Part shown: positions 1 to 9,812 of the stretch, in pieces
Position numbering within the stretch: position 1 is the first letter of the stretch
Layout: the number at the start of each line of letters is the position of its first letter
NCBI GenBank assembly: GCA_030683105.1
Contig: JAUXMZ010000027.1
Coordinates: forward strand, 12,316 to 76,315
Origin: Burkholderiales bacterium
Lineage (GTDB): Bacteria; Pseudomonadota; Gammaproteobacteria; Burkholderiales; SG8-41
Length of the DNA: 64,000 bases
Reading direction: 5' to 3'
Notes under the pieces: generated by a model
Database searches by the model: none
What the model was told of the DNA's origin: nothing
Seen by the model: only the letters and a program-made list of their open reading frames with translations
Program-made: the position numbers and the translations under genes

Positions 1-820
1 CTGCGGCAAAACCACCGTCGGGCGCACGCTGCTCAGGCTGGAGAACGCGACAGCCGGCAAGATCATGTTTGACGGCAAGGATGTTACCGCCATATCCGGC
101 GATACGCTCAAGAGTTACCGGCGGCAGATCCAGGTGATCTTCCAGGACCCCTACAGCTCGCTGAACCCGCGCATGACCATCGGCCAGATCATCGCCGAAC
201 CGATGCTGGTGTACAAACTGCAGCCCAATCGCGCCGCAGCCAAGGCCAAGGCCGCGGAACTGCTGACGCAAGTCGGGCTGTTTGAATACATGATCGAGCG
301 CTATCCGCATGAGCTGTCGGGCGGACAGCGCCAGCGCGTCGGCATCGCGCGCGCGCTGGCGATGAAGCCTTCGTTCATCGTGTGCGACGAGCCGGTATCC
401 GCGCTCGACGTTTCGATACAGGCCCAAATCATCAATCTGCTCGAAGACCTGCAGCAAAAATTCGGGCTGACCTATTTATTCATTGCCCACGATCTTGCGG
501 TCGTGCGCCATATCTCGGACCGCGTGGTCGTCATGTATCTGGGCAAGGTGATGGAAATTGCAGACCGCGACGCGCTCTACGCCGATCCCTTGCATCCTTA
601 CACCCAGGCTCTGCTTGATGCGGTGCCGGTGCCAGATCCGGCGCTGGAAGTGAGCCGCAGGTACAAAGTGCTCAGCGGCGAGGTTCCCAGTCCGCTCAAT
701 CCGCCGCGCGGCTGTGTGTTTCACACGCGGTGTCCGCTCGCGGATGATGAGTGTAAGATGAATATTCCCGAATTGCGGGAAGTGCGTCCCAGGCACTACG
801 CCGCATGCATCAAGCTTTGA
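1..820 (+). CDS. Oligopeptide/dipeptide-type ABC transporter ATP-binding protein (OppF/DppF-like); 5' end lies outside the window
   Basis: Frame of the 65..820 ORF stays open back to nt 2 (CGKTTVGRTLL = end of Walker A). LSGGQRQRV signature, IVCDEPVSALD Walker B, Cys-containing C-terminal tail typical of Opp/Dpp ATPases. Confidence 0.85.
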   Translation, partial: CGKTTVGRTLLRLENATAGKIMFDGKDVTAISGDTLKSYRRQIQVIFQDPYSSLNPRMTIGQIIAEPMLVYKLQPNRAAAKAKAAELLTQVGLFEYMIERYPHELSGGQRQRVGIARALAMKPSFIVCDEPVSALDVSIQAQIINLLEDLQQKFGLTYLFIAHDLAVVRHISDRVVVMYLGKVMEIADRDALYADPLHPYTQALLDAVPVPDPALEVSRRYKVLSGEVPSPLNPPRGCVFHTRCPLADDECKMNIPELREVRPRHYAACIKL

Positions 821-846
821 ATAAACCAATTATAGGAGGAGACAAG

Positions 847-2430
847 ATGAAGATATCTGCTTTATTGCTGAGCCTGGCCGCGATGCTCGCGGCTGCGGGG
901 GGTAGCCTGGCGGCGGATTCGCCCAAAACCGGCGGACTGCTCAAATTCGCCGTAAGCGCCGAGCCACCCAATTATGATTGTCATGCCAACTCGTCGTTCG
1001 CTTTCATCCATCCCGTGCGGCCGCATTATTCGACGCTGCTCAAGTTCGACGCCGCAAAATATCCGGCGATCAAAGGCGACTTGGCCGACTCATGGACCGT
1101 GTCGAAGGATGGCCTGACCTACACGTTCAAGCTGCGCAAGGGCGTCAAATTCCATGACGGCTCGGCTTTTACCTCGGCTGACATCAAGGCCACCTATGAC
1201 CGGCTGCGCAACCCGCCGGCAGGTGTGAAATCACTGCGCGAAGGGACCTATGTCGACATCTCCTCGATCGACACCCCCGATCCGCTGACGGTGGTGTTCA
1301 AGTTGAAGAAGACCAATGCCTCCATGTTGGCTAATTTCGCATCGCCCTGGGATTGCGTGTACAGCGCGGCCAAGCTCAAGCAGGATCCGCGCTTCCCCGA
1401 GCGCAACATCATGGGCACCGGCCCCTTCACCTTCGTCGAACACGTGGCCGGCTCGCACTGGACCGGACGCAAGTTCGACGGGTATTTCGAGAAAGGCAAA
1501 CCCTATCTTAACGGCTACATGGCGATATTCATCAGCGGTGCGCCGATGGTGAATGCCCTGGCTGCCGGCGAGGTGCTGGCTGAATTTCGCGGCCATTCGC
1601 CGGCCGACCGTGACCGCCTGGTCAAGACGCTGGGCGACAAGGCGGTAGTGCAGGACAGCCCCTGGGTATGCAGCCTGGTGGTGACGTTCAATACCAAGAA
1701 AAAACCGTTCGACGATGCGCGGGTGAGGCGTGCGCTGTCCCTGTCCATCGATCGCTGGGGCGGCGCCCAGGCGCTGGCCAAGGTGGCTTTGGTGCGCCAC
1801 GTCGGGGGGGTAATGCGGCCGGGGTACGACCTGGCGGCTTCGGAGAAAGAGCTGGTTCAATATCCGGGCTTCTCCAAGGACATCAACGCTTCGCGCGCGC
1901 AGGCCAAAAAGCTGCTGCAGGAAGCGGGCGTGCCCAACCTCAGCTTCTCCTTCACCAATCGCAACGTTGCCATGCCGTACACGCCAGTCGGCGTGTTCCT
2001 GATCGACCAGTGGCGTCAGATCGGCGTCAATGCCAAGCACGAGCAACTGGAAACCAGGCTCTATCTGGCGGCCATGCAGAAAGACAAGCCGACTTATGAC
2101 GCCGCACTCGACTTCAACTGCGATTTCATGGACGAGCCCAATCTGGCGCTGCAGAAGTACATCTCGGACGACCGCTCGAGCATCAATTATTCCGGCCACA
2201 TCGACCGTGCGCTCGACGAGTTGTATGACAAGCAGTCGGGGGAGCTCGACAAGAAAAAACGCTATGCCCTGCTGCGCGAGTTCGAAAAGCGCACGCTGGA
2301 ACAGGCCTATGTCGTTCCCACCATCTGGTGGCACCGCACCATCGTGACGCATAAACAGCTCAAAGGCTGGCATATCACGCCGAGCCACTATGTGGGACAG
2401 GATCTCGCCGACGTCTGGCTTGATCAGTAA
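847..2430 (+). CDS. Family-5 (peptide/nickel type) ABC transporter substrate-binding protein
   Basis: ATG 847 is preceded by AGGAGGA (834-840) and followed by signal peptide MKISALLLSLAAMLAAAGGSLA. Size and layout fit SBP_bac_5 proteins. The 805 start in the ORF track is probably too early. Confidence 0.85.
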   Translation: MKISALLLSLAAMLAAAGGSLAADSPKTGGLLKFAVSAEPPNYDCHANSSFAFIHPVRPHYSTLLKFDAAKYPAIKGDLADSWTVSKDGLTYTFKLRKGVKFHDGSAFTSADIKATYDRLRNPPAGVKSLREGTYVDISSIDTPDPLTVVFKLKKTNASMLANFASPWDCVYSAAKLKQDPRFPERNIMGTGPFTFVEHVAGSHWTGRKFDGYFEKGKPYLNGYMAIFISGAPMVNALAAGEVLAEFRGHSPADRDRLVKTLGDKAVVQDSPWVCSLVVTFNTKKKPFDDARVRRALSLSIDRWGGAQALAKVALVRHVGGVMRPGYDLAASEKELVQYPGFSKDINASRAQAKKLLQEAGVPNLSFSFTNRNVAMPYTPVGVFLIDQWRQIGVNAKHEQLETRLYLAAMQKDKPTYDAALDFNCDFMDEPNLALQKYISDDRSSINYSGHIDRALDELYDKQSGELDKKKRYALLREFEKRTLEQAYVVPTIWWHRTIVTHKQLKGWHITPSHYVGQDLADVWLDQ

Positions 2431-2449
2431 TGCTGCAATGATGTGAAGG

Positions 2450-2476
2450 GACTGGCGCGGCGCTGCCGCGCCAGTC
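2450..2476 (+). promoter_or_regulatory. Intercistronic GC-rich stem-loop between binding-protein and permease genes (possible attenuator or mRNA stabiliser)
   Basis: GACTGGCGCGGC-gct-GCCGCGCCAGTC, a perfect 12-bp stem with no T-tract after it. Confidence 0.4.
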
Positions 2477-2512
2477 TGCTGAGTGACGTCTCAAATCTGA
2501 AGATTTTCTGAA

Positions 2513-3469
2513 ATGCTGCGCTACACCTTTAACCGCCTGCTGATGATGATCCCGACGCTGCTCGGCGTCGCCATCCTGGTGTTTTTCCTGTTGCGCCTGA
2601 TGCCGGGCGACCCGGTGGCCATGATGTTGATGGGCGACGGCGGGGCCAATGTGCCGCCGCATGTGCTGGTAGAGGAACGTGCCCGCCTGGGGCTCGATAA
2701 GCCCATGTATGTGCAGTTCCTGAAATGGTTCGGCGGGGTGATGCAGGGCGACTTCGGGTATTCGATGTGGACGGGTAAATCGGTTATCTACGAAATCGGC
2801 ATCCGGCTGGAATTATCGATGCAGGTCGCGGTGATGGCAACCATCCTGGCGATCCTGCTGGCGCTGCCGCTGGGCACGCTGTCCGCGATTTACAAGGACA
2901 CCTGGATTGACCATTCGATCCGCATGTTCTCCATTGCCGGTCTGGCCGTGCCTTCGTTCTGGCTCGGCATGATCATCATCCTGCTGTTGCTCAGTAATTT
3001 TGCGTGGATTCCGCCGCTCACGTTCACGCCGTTTTTTGAGGATCCATGGCTGAATCTGTCGCAGCTCATCTGGCCGGCGATCGCGGTAGGCTATCGCTAT
3101 TCGTCGGTCGCCACGCGCATGATGCGTTCGTCGATACTCGAGGTGATGCAGGAGGACTACATCCGCACCGCCCGGGCCAAAGGCGTTTATGAAAGACTGG
3201 TCATCGCGCGGCATGCGATGCGTAACGCGATGCTGCCGGTGGTCACCGTGATCGGCCTGGAGTTCGCGTTCCTGATCGGCGGCCTGGTCGTGACCGAGCA
3301 GGTGTTCAACCTGAACGGCATCGGCAAGCTGTTCGTGCAGGCCGTGGCGCGCGGGGATTACACCCTGATCCAGGGGCTGGTGCTGCTGGTCGCCGTATTT
3401 TTCGTGCTGATCAACTTTTTCATAGACCTGCTGTACGGGTTGCTAGACCCGCGCATACGCTACCGCTGA
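2513..3469 (+). CDS. ABC transporter permease (DppB/OppB-like)
   Basis: 318-aa polytopic ORF after the binding-protein gene. N-terminus MLRYTFNRLLMMIPTLLGV and the YIRTARAKG loop are typical of Dpp/Opp permeases. Confidence 0.85.
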   Translation: MLRYTFNRLLMMIPTLLGVAILVFFLLRLMPGDPVAMMLMGDGGANVPPHVLVEERARLGLDKPMYVQFLKWFGGVMQGDFGYSMWTGKSVIYEIGIRLELSMQVAVMATILAILLALPLGTLSAIYKDTWIDHSIRMFSIAGLAVPSFWLGMIIILLLLSNFAWIPPLTFTPFFEDPWLNLSQLIWPAIAVGYRYSSVATRMMRSSILEVMQEDYIRTARAKGVYERLVIARHAMRNAMLPVVTVIGLEFAFLIGGLVVTEQVFNLNGIGKLFVQAVARGDYTLIQGLVLLVAVFFVLINFFIDLLYGLLDPRIRYR

Positions 3470-4362
3470 TGAATACCGCCGCCGTCACCATTACCTACAA
3501 AGTCCCCGTGCGCCGCCATCCGGTGCGGCTGTTCATCACGCAACAGCCGCTGGGTGCCGCCGGTCTGATTATCATCGTCCTGATGGCGATTGCCGCAATG
3601 TTCGCGCCGTGGGTCGCGCCCTACGATCCGCTGGCCATCAACTACAACGCGATGCTGGCCCGGCCCTCGGCGGAACACTGGCTCGGCACCGATTCCTTCG
3701 GTCGCGATGTATTGTCGCGCATCATCTACGGCGCGCGTACCGCGCTGGCGGTCGGGTTTCTTGCCTCTTTCATCGGCTCGACCATAGGCGCCATCGTGGG
3801 CGTGGTATCCGCCTACTTCGGCGGCAAGACCGATATGGTCATCCAGCGCATCATGGATGTAATACTGTCATTTCCGATCATCGTGCTCGCCATTACCGTG
3901 GTGGCCGTGCTGGGCAAGAATATCGTGTTCGGGCTCGACATCAATCTGGTCATTGCCATCGGACTGCCGATGGTGCCCAAAGTGGCGCGCGTGGTGCGCT
4001 CATCCGCCCTGGCGATCCGCGAACTGCCTTATATCGATGCCGCGCGCACCGCGGGGTTTTCCCACCTGCGGATTATTTTCCGCCATATCCTGCCCAACGT
4101 GGTCGCGCCTTACCTGATCATGTTGACCGCGTTCGTGGCGCAGGCGATTCTGGCCGAGGCCTCGCTGTCGTTCCTCGGATTGGGTGTGACGGAACCCACG
4201 CCGTCATGGGGCCTGATGCTGTCGGGTGCGGCCGCGGACTTTTATGAACAGGCACCGTGGATGATCGTATTTCCCGGGCTGGCCATCAGCCTGGCGGTAT
4301 TCGCCTTCAATCTGTTCGGCGACTCGCTGCGTGATTGGCTGGATCCGAAGATCAAGCTCTAG
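3469..4362 (+). CDS. ABC transporter permease (DppC/OppC-like)
   Basis: ATG overlaps the preceding stop (TGATG). 297 aa with the HWLGTDSFGRDVLSR motif of DppC/OppC. Confidence 0.85.
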   Translation: MNTAAVTITYKVPVRRHPVRLFITQQPLGAAGLIIIVLMAIAAMFAPWVAPYDPLAINYNAMLARPSAEHWLGTDSFGRDVLSRIIYGARTALAVGFLASFIGSTIGAIVGVVSAYFGGKTDMVIQRIMDVILSFPIIVLAITVVAVLGKNIVFGLDINLVIAIGLPMVPKVARVVRSSALAIRELPYIDAARTAGFSHLRIIFRHILPNVVAPYLIMLTAFVAQAILAEASLSFLGLGVTEPTPSWGLMLSGAAADFYEQAPWMIVFPGLAISLAVFAFNLFGDSLRDWLDPKIKL

Positions 4363-4418
4363 GAGTTTGCCGGACTGAGCCCCGACAAACTCCTAAAATA
4401 AAAAACTTAAGAACGGTG

Positions 4419-5531
4419 CTAAGTCCGACAGACTGCTAGCGCGTAACGTCGCACCTTCGCCTCGTCGACTTCTATTCCCAGACCGGGTCCGGCAGGCACC
4501 TCGAAGTGTCCGGCGGCAAAGGGTATCGGTTCCTTCAGCACGTCGTCGGCAAGATATTGATTCGATATGCTCACGCCCCAATCCAGCGAAGGGACGGCCG
4601 CCGCCAGATGCAGCATGGCTGCGGCAGCAATGCCGGACTCGGCGATCTTGCAGGCAAGATTGACTTTCATGCCGAGCTGTTCGCACAGCAGCGCGGCATC
4701 ATAAACCGGTTTCATGCCGCCGAGCTTGATGGTCTTCAGGCTGCAACCGTGCGCGGCACCCGCATCGTGGTGCCGCCTCAGATCCTCCAGGCCGTGCAAC
4801 CCTTCATCAAAGCCGATCTTGATGCGGCTGGCCTTAGCCACCCTGGCCATGCCCTCGATATCGTCCCCGGCTACCGGTTGTTCGAAAAATTCCAGCGTGG
4901 TATCCGCCACGGCCTGCACATAGGTTATGGCTTGCGCCACCGACCAACCCTGATTGGCGTCGGCACAGATCAGTACGTTCCCGCCCAGGACATCGCACAC
5001 CTTGCGCGTGCGCTCCGCGTCCACCAGCGGTTCCGCAACAGCAACCTTGATCTTGTAGGCGACATAGCCTTCGGCTTTTCTGCGCACCGCCTCATCCACG
5101 TCGGTGCCGGTGCTGCCACCGCCTATCATGCGCAGCGCCGGGATGCGATCACGCCGCTTGCCGCCCAGCAACTCGTAAACAGGCTTCCCGGTGGCGCGGC
5201 CGAGCGCGTCGTGCAGCGCCATTTCGATGATTGATTTGGCGGACCGGTTGCCGTAGAGGTAACGGTCGGCGCGACCCATCACCGCAGCTATGTCATCGGC
5301 CGGCAGCCCCTCGAGGAAAGGCGCAAGATAGCGCACGGCCGCCACCATGCTTGCCACGGTTTCCCCGGTCATGGTGGGCGCCGAGGCGGCTTCTCCCCAG
5401 CCGACTACGCCACCATCGGTTTCAATCCGCACGAGCGCGTTGTTGGCGCGGCTGACCTCTTCCAGGGACATTTTGACGGGCTTCACCATCGGCAGGCTGA
5501 CAGCGATGGGTTCAACGTGTTTGATTTTCAT
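4419..5531 (-). CDS. Mandelate racemase/muconate lactonising enzyme family protein (enolase superfamily)
   Basis: 370 aa. N-terminal capping domain (VVGWGEA) and a barrel with the metal-ligand pattern (ICADANQGW, FEQP, FDEG). Confidence 0.8.
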   Translation of the reverse strand: MKIKHVEPIAVSLPMVKPVKMSLEEVSRANNALVRIETDGGVVGWGEAASAPTMTGETVASMVAAVRYLAPFLEGLPADDIAAVMGRADRYLYGNRSAKSIIEMALHDALGRATGKPVYELLGGKRRDRIPALRMIGGGSTGTDVDEAVRRKAEGYVAYKIKVAVAEPLVDAERTRKVCDVLGGNVLICADANQGWSVAQAITYVQAVADTTLEFFEQPVAGDDIEGMARVAKASRIKIGFDEGLHGLEDLRRHHDAGAAHGCSLKTIKLGGMKPVYDAALLCEQLGMKVNLACKIAESGIAAAAMLHLAAAVPSLDWGVSISNQYLADDVLKEPIPFAAGHFEVPAGPGLGIEVDEAKVRRYALAVCRT

Positions 5532-5663
5532 GAAGAGGATGAGAGCAAAGTAAGTTCTGATTCACGGTCCTAATGCGAACCCCGGTCAGGTCCGGGATTG
5601 CGAACGGATCCGCGCTGCAAACACCGCGCGGACCCGTGCAGATTGAAGCAGTCGGTCTTCTGG

Positions 5664-6620
5664 TTAGATCTTGCCCATCTTCTTGATGACGGCCGCCATG
5701 CGTATGTAGTCGGCGTCAAAGAATTTCTTGAAGTCCGGCGCATCGCGATAATCCGGCACGATATGCGATTTTTCCAGCGACTGCACGAACAACGGGTCGG
5801 CTGCCGCCTTGCGGATCGTATCGCGAACCTTGGTCATGACTGCATCCGGTGCCCCGGCAGTGGTAAATACCCCCACCCACAGGTACGCCTCGACGTCAAA
5901 ACCGAGATCCTTTAGGGGCTTGACGCCCGGAAGGGCGGGGTGCGGCTTTACGCCCCAGTGAGCGAGCGCGCGCAGCTTGCCGGCTTTGACATGCGGATAG
6001 ACGGCAGCCGGTCCGCTCGCGGTGACTTGTGCGTGACCGCCCAGTACCTGCGTGATCGCCGGTCCGCCGCCGGTGGTCGGCAGATGGCGCATTTTGAGTT
6101 TCGCGGCGTCCATGAACATAGCCATCGGCGTGTGGGTGATGCCGTACGGGCCGGAAGACGAGAAAATCATTTCATTCGGACGGGATTTAGACAGGGCAAC
6201 GAGCTCCTTCACGTTCTTGGCCGGCAATGAAGGCGTCACGACCATGGTCAGAGGGTCGGCGCTCAACAGGGCGACCGGGGCGATCTGATCCAGCGAGAAG
6301 GGGGATTTAATCCCGTACAGCTTGTCTTTTTCGATCACCAGATACAAATTCGGGGTGGTGATGAGCAGGTTGTAGCCGTCGGGCGTCTGATTGGCCACGT
6401 AGGCGGTACCGATTGCCGCCGTGCCGCCGGGTCGGTTGATGACCGGCGCTGGTTGGCTGGTAAGCTTCTCCAGCACAGTGGACAGCGGCAGCGCGTGGAT
6501 TTGATTCATCCCGCCCGGCGGGTTCGGCACGGTGATGCTGACGGCGCGTGAGGGGTAATCTTGCGCATAGCCGCAAACAGATATAAATCCCAGGATTACA
6601 GCGGGTAACAGGCGTTTCAT
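5664..6620 (-). CDS. Bug-family (TctC-like) tripartite tricarboxylate transporter substrate-binding protein
   Basis: 318 aa with a signal peptide and the N-terminal YPSRAVSITVPNPPGG motif characteristic of Bug proteins. No tctAB genes are adjacent. Confidence 0.8.
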   Translation of the reverse strand: MKRLLPAVILGFISVCGYAQDYPSRAVSITVPNPPGGMNQIHALPLSTVLEKLTSQPAPVINRPGGTAAIGTAYVANQTPDGYNLLITTPNLYLVIEKDKLYGIKSPFSLDQIAPVALLSADPLTMVVTPSLPAKNVKELVALSKSRPNEMIFSSSGPYGITHTPMAMFMDAAKLKMRHLPTTGGGPAITQVLGGHAQVTASGPAAVYPHVKAGKLRALAHWGVKPHPALPGVKPLKDLGFDVEAYLWVGVFTTAGAPDAVMTKVRDTIRKAAADPLFVQSLEKSHIVPDYRDAPDFKKFFDADYIRMAAVIKKMGKI

Positions 6621-6812
6621 GTTTCCTCCGTTGATGTTAAAAACTGAAGTGCGCGCCAGAGGCGGTAAATCGGCGCGACTCCATGTTTCTATTGAGAGAA
6701 CCTACATCACCAAGGTAACGCCCGAGCCCACTGCTGTCAACCGCCATGTCCAGATGGTACGGTGGCGCTGAAGCCGGGTAAACTAGCGCTGCGCCCGCAG
6801 CAGGGGCATTGA

Positions 6813-7850
6813 ATGAGTTCTTATTCAGGGGATATTAAATTGATCGACGCGGCGATCGTAGGTCTGGGCTGGTGGGGGAAAAACATAGTCAATGCGGTGC
6901 AGGGCAAGAGCACGCGCCTGCGTTTCATCCGCGGCGTGAGCAAGGAACCCGATTCGGTGCGCGACTTTGCCGCGCAGCATAAATTCGAGCTGTCTACCGA
7001 GCTTGCAGATGTGCTTGCCGATCAGCGCGTGCAGGCCGTCGTACTGGCAACTCCGCATACGCTGCATACCGCGCAGGTGATCGAGGTTGCCAAGTCGGGC
7101 AAAGCGGTGTTCTGTGAAAAACCGCTGGCGATGAAGAAAGCCGATGCCCTGCGCGCGGTTCAGGCCTGCGAGCAGGCCGGCATCGTGCTCGGACTGGGAA
7201 CCAACAAACGCTTTTGGCCGTCGATGCGTGAATTGCGGCAGGTGGTGGCAAGCGGCGTGCTGGGGGAACTCCTGCATATCGAGGCGCATTACTCGAATCT
7301 GAATTCAAACAAAAACTTTGCGACGTGGCGCGATTCGCCTGCGGAATCTCCCGGCGGGGGCATGACCGGATCCGGCATACATGTGCTGGACGCCGTGGTC
7401 ACCCTTGGCGGGCCGGTGCGTCGCGTGCATGCACAGCTGATTTCACGCAAACCGCAGCCCGACCCGCTCGACACGGTGTCAGTATTGTTCGAATTCGAAA
7501 ATCGTATCAGCGGCACACTCGCTGCAGTCCGGGCGACACCGTTTTACTGGCGCGTGCATGTGTTCGGCGACAAGGGGTCGGCCGAAGCGCTGGGCGAAAA
7601 TGACCTCGTGCTGCACCGGGCCGGCGAGAAACCCCGGACTGCTCATTTCGAGCCTGTAGATTCTTTGAGCGCTGAATTCGATGCGTTTGCTGATGCTGTA
7701 ACTGGCACGACGCCTTATCCGATCCCGACCTCGCACATGGTCAATACCGTCGCCGCATTCGAGGCCGTGATCAAGTCGATTGCAACGCAGGCGACCGTGA
7801 CCCTTGGTGAGGCGAGCGCCCAGGAGTTTATCTTCCCGCCAAACTCCTAA
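6813..7850 (+). CDS. Gfo/Idh/MocA family oxidoreductase
   Basis: N-terminal Rossmann motif AIVGLGWWGKN and EKP motif (FCEKPLA). 345 aa. Confidence 0.8.
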   Translation: MSSYSGDIKLIDAAIVGLGWWGKNIVNAVQGKSTRLRFIRGVSKEPDSVRDFAAQHKFELSTELADVLADQRVQAVVLATPHTLHTAQVIEVAKSGKAVFCEKPLAMKKADALRAVQACEQAGIVLGLGTNKRFWPSMRELRQVVASGVLGELLHIEAHYSNLNSNKNFATWRDSPAESPGGGMTGSGIHVLDAVVTLGGPVRRVHAQLISRKPQPDPLDTVSVLFEFENRISGTLAAVRATPFYWRVHVFGDKGSAEALGENDLVLHRAGEKPRTAHFEPVDSLSAEFDAFADAVTGTTPYPIPTSHMVNTVAAFEAVIKSIATQATVTLGEASAQEFIFPPNS

Positions 7851-7926
7851 AATGAAAAAACTAAAGGACGAGGCGAAAAGACCGCCATGCAAGTAGCGGT
7901 TGTTCAGCCCGCGTGACCCGATCAGG

Positions 7927-8649
7927 ATGTTCTTGACACATAGCCCCGATGGCACAGCCTGTCTTGCCGGCGTCCGCGATGCCGCCGGCGTGCCGGCCGC
8001 GGTGCTTGCAGCCGGCATGATAGGGTTCGGTGCGTTCGCACTCGAGTACGGATTCAATGTGTGGCTTGCGTTGTTATGCACCGCGGGCATCTGGGCGCTG
8101 CCGGGGCAGATTGTTCTGCTGGAAATGGTCAGTAACGGCGCTCCGGGGTATTTGTCAGTGATCGCAGTCATGCTGACCGGGGCCCGGTTTCTGCCGATGA
8201 CCATGTCGCTGATGCCCGTGATTCGTCATCCACGCCACTCGCAGCCTGTTGTTTATCTGACTGCGCATCTGATTTCGATGACCAGCTGGGCATGGGCGAT
8301 GCAGCGTTGCGCGGGGATGCCCCAGGAAAGACGCCTGCCGTATTTCATGGGATTTGCCGCGGCCTGCTGGGCGGTCAGTATTGCCGCGACTGCGGTGGGT
8401 TATTTTCTTGCGGGCTGGTTTCCTGCGCCATTGCGGCTGGGCTTCGTCTTCCTCACGCCGGTATATTTTCTCGTGATTCTCATCGGTGACGTGCGCACAG
8501 TACTTGCGGCATGGGCGCTGACCTGCGGTGCTGTCGCCGGCCCGCTATTTCACCTGTTGAGCCCGCAATGGAGTGTGCTTCTTGCGGGATTGGTCGGCGG
8601 GACGCTGGCGTTTTACATTCAAAGGCTGCATGGACAGTCACACCACTGA
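7927..8649 (+). CDS. azlC: AzlC-family branched-chain amino acid exporter subunit
   Basis: Polytopic ~240-aa ORF followed by an overlapping small hydrophobic AzlD-like ORF. The start is uncertain (TTG 7900 or ATG 7927). Confidence 0.65.
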   Translation: MFLTHSPDGTACLAGVRDAAGVPAAVLAAGMIGFGAFALEYGFNVWLALLCTAGIWALPGQIVLLEMVSNGAPGYLSVIAVMLTGARFLPMTMSLMPVIRHPRHSQPVVYLTAHLISMTSWAWAMQRCAGMPQERRLPYFMGFAAACWAVSIAATAVGYFLAGWFPAPLRLGFVFLTPVYFLVILIGDVRTVLAAWALTCGAVAGPLFHLLSPQWSVLLAGLVGGTLAFYIQRLHGQSHH

Positions 8650-8968
8650 GCTTCTGATACTCGTGCTTTCCAGCGCCGCGGCGACTTACGTCTGGCGCGG
8701 TCTGGGCGTGCTGTTTTCCGGGCGCATACGGACCGACAGCGAGCTTTTCCAATGGGTCGCGTGCGTCGCCTACGCCATGGTCGCGGGGCTCATCATGCGG
8801 ATCATCGTGATGCCGACCGGCATGCTGGCCACCAGCATGCTCGCCGACCGGCTGATCGCCTGCGCGCTGGCGCTGCTCGGGTTTTATATCAGCCGGAAAA
8901 ACCTGTTTGTGGGCGTCATCACCGGTGTTGCGGTAGTTGTCGCTGCGGGTTATGTGCGGGGAATATAA
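8630..8968 (+). CDS. azlD: AzlD-family small membrane protein
   Basis: ATG 8630 overlaps the azlC end by 20 nt. ~112 aa with 3-4 TM segments (LLILVLSSAAATYVWRGLGVLF), the usual azlCD pairing. Confidence 0.65.
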   Translation: MDSHTTELLILVLSSAAATYVWRGLGVLFSGRIRTDSELFQWVACVAYAMVAGLIMRIIVMPTGMLATSMLADRLIACALALLGFYISRKNLFVGVITGVAVVVAAGYVRGI

Positions 8969-9020
8969 GAGCTCTATACTTGAGATCGTATAAAATGACG
9001 GTCTTTGGTTTGAGGCAGTT

Positions 9021-9806
9021 ATGAACGGAAGCGTCCATGTAAAGCACGATGGCGCCGTAGCCACGGTAAGCCTGAGCAATCCCGATAAGCTCAATGCACT
9101 CACTGTGTCCATGTGGCGCGACCTGGCGCGCGTCATGGACGAGCTGTCGGCGCTCGATGATTTGCGGTGCGTGGTGCTGCGTGGCGCCGGCAGGGACGCT
9201 TTCGCCGCCGGCGCCGACATCGCCGAATTTGCGCAGCAGCGCGACAATGTCGAGCAGGGCAAGGTTTACCACCGGGAGTACGTCTTTGGCGCGCTGAAGG
9301 CCGTGGGCGATTGCCTGCATCCGACGGTGGCCATGATACATGGGGCATGCGTTGGCGGCGGCCTCGAGATCGCGTGCCAGTGCGATATCAGGGTCGCCGG
9401 AGCCTCCGCGCGCTTCGGCGTGCCGATCAACCGGCTGGGCTTTGCCATCGCGTACGATGAACTGTCCGCGCTGCTGCCCCTGGTGGGGCGGGCGGTTGTG
9501 CTGGAAATCCTGGTCGAGGGTCGGGTATGGGAGGCGCAGGAAGCCTGGGACAAGGGGTTGGTTGCACGCGTCGTGCCCGACGACGGGCTGGAACAAGATG
9601 TTTATGCGACCGCGCGCCGTATTGCGGACGGCGCGCCGCTGGTGGCGCGCTGGCACAAGCAATTCGTGCGGCGGTTGACGCCGCAAACAGAGCCCCTGAC
9701 TGCTGCCGAAATCGAGGAAAACTTTGCTTATTTCAACACCGAGGATTACCGCATCGGCTACGATGCGTTCATCAACAAGAAAAAGCCGAAATTCGTAGGC
9801 CGCTGA
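9021..9806 (+). CDS. Enoyl-CoA hydratase/isomerase (crotonase) family protein
   Basis: 261 aa with oxyanion-hole motifs (AFAAGADI, GACVGGGLEIA). Confidence 0.85.
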   Translation: MNGSVHVKHDGAVATVSLSNPDKLNALTVSMWRDLARVMDELSALDDLRCVVLRGAGRDAFAAGADIAEFAQQRDNVEQGKVYHREYVFGALKAVGDCLHPTVAMIHGACVGGGLEIACQCDIRVAGASARFGVPINRLGFAIAYDELSALLPLVGRAVVLEILVEGRVWEAQEAWDKGLVARVVPDDGLEQDVYATARRIADGAPLVARWHKQFVRRLTPQTEPLTAAEIEENFAYFNTEDYRIGYDAFINKKKPKFVGR

Positions 9807-9812
9807 ACTACG

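Noticed and set aside
1231-2388. Long antisense or alternate-frame ORFs here and at 7479-8204, 8480-9686, 10272-11120, 14086-14874, 16417-17490, 17818-18525, 22164-23594, 24741-25475, 48722-49744, 49591-50727, 54780-55799 and 60689-61558
   Set aside because: Each lies opposite or out of frame to a gene with strong family motifs. Their products are Arg/Gly/His/Pro-rich with no motifs, the usual shadow ORFs of GC-rich DNA.
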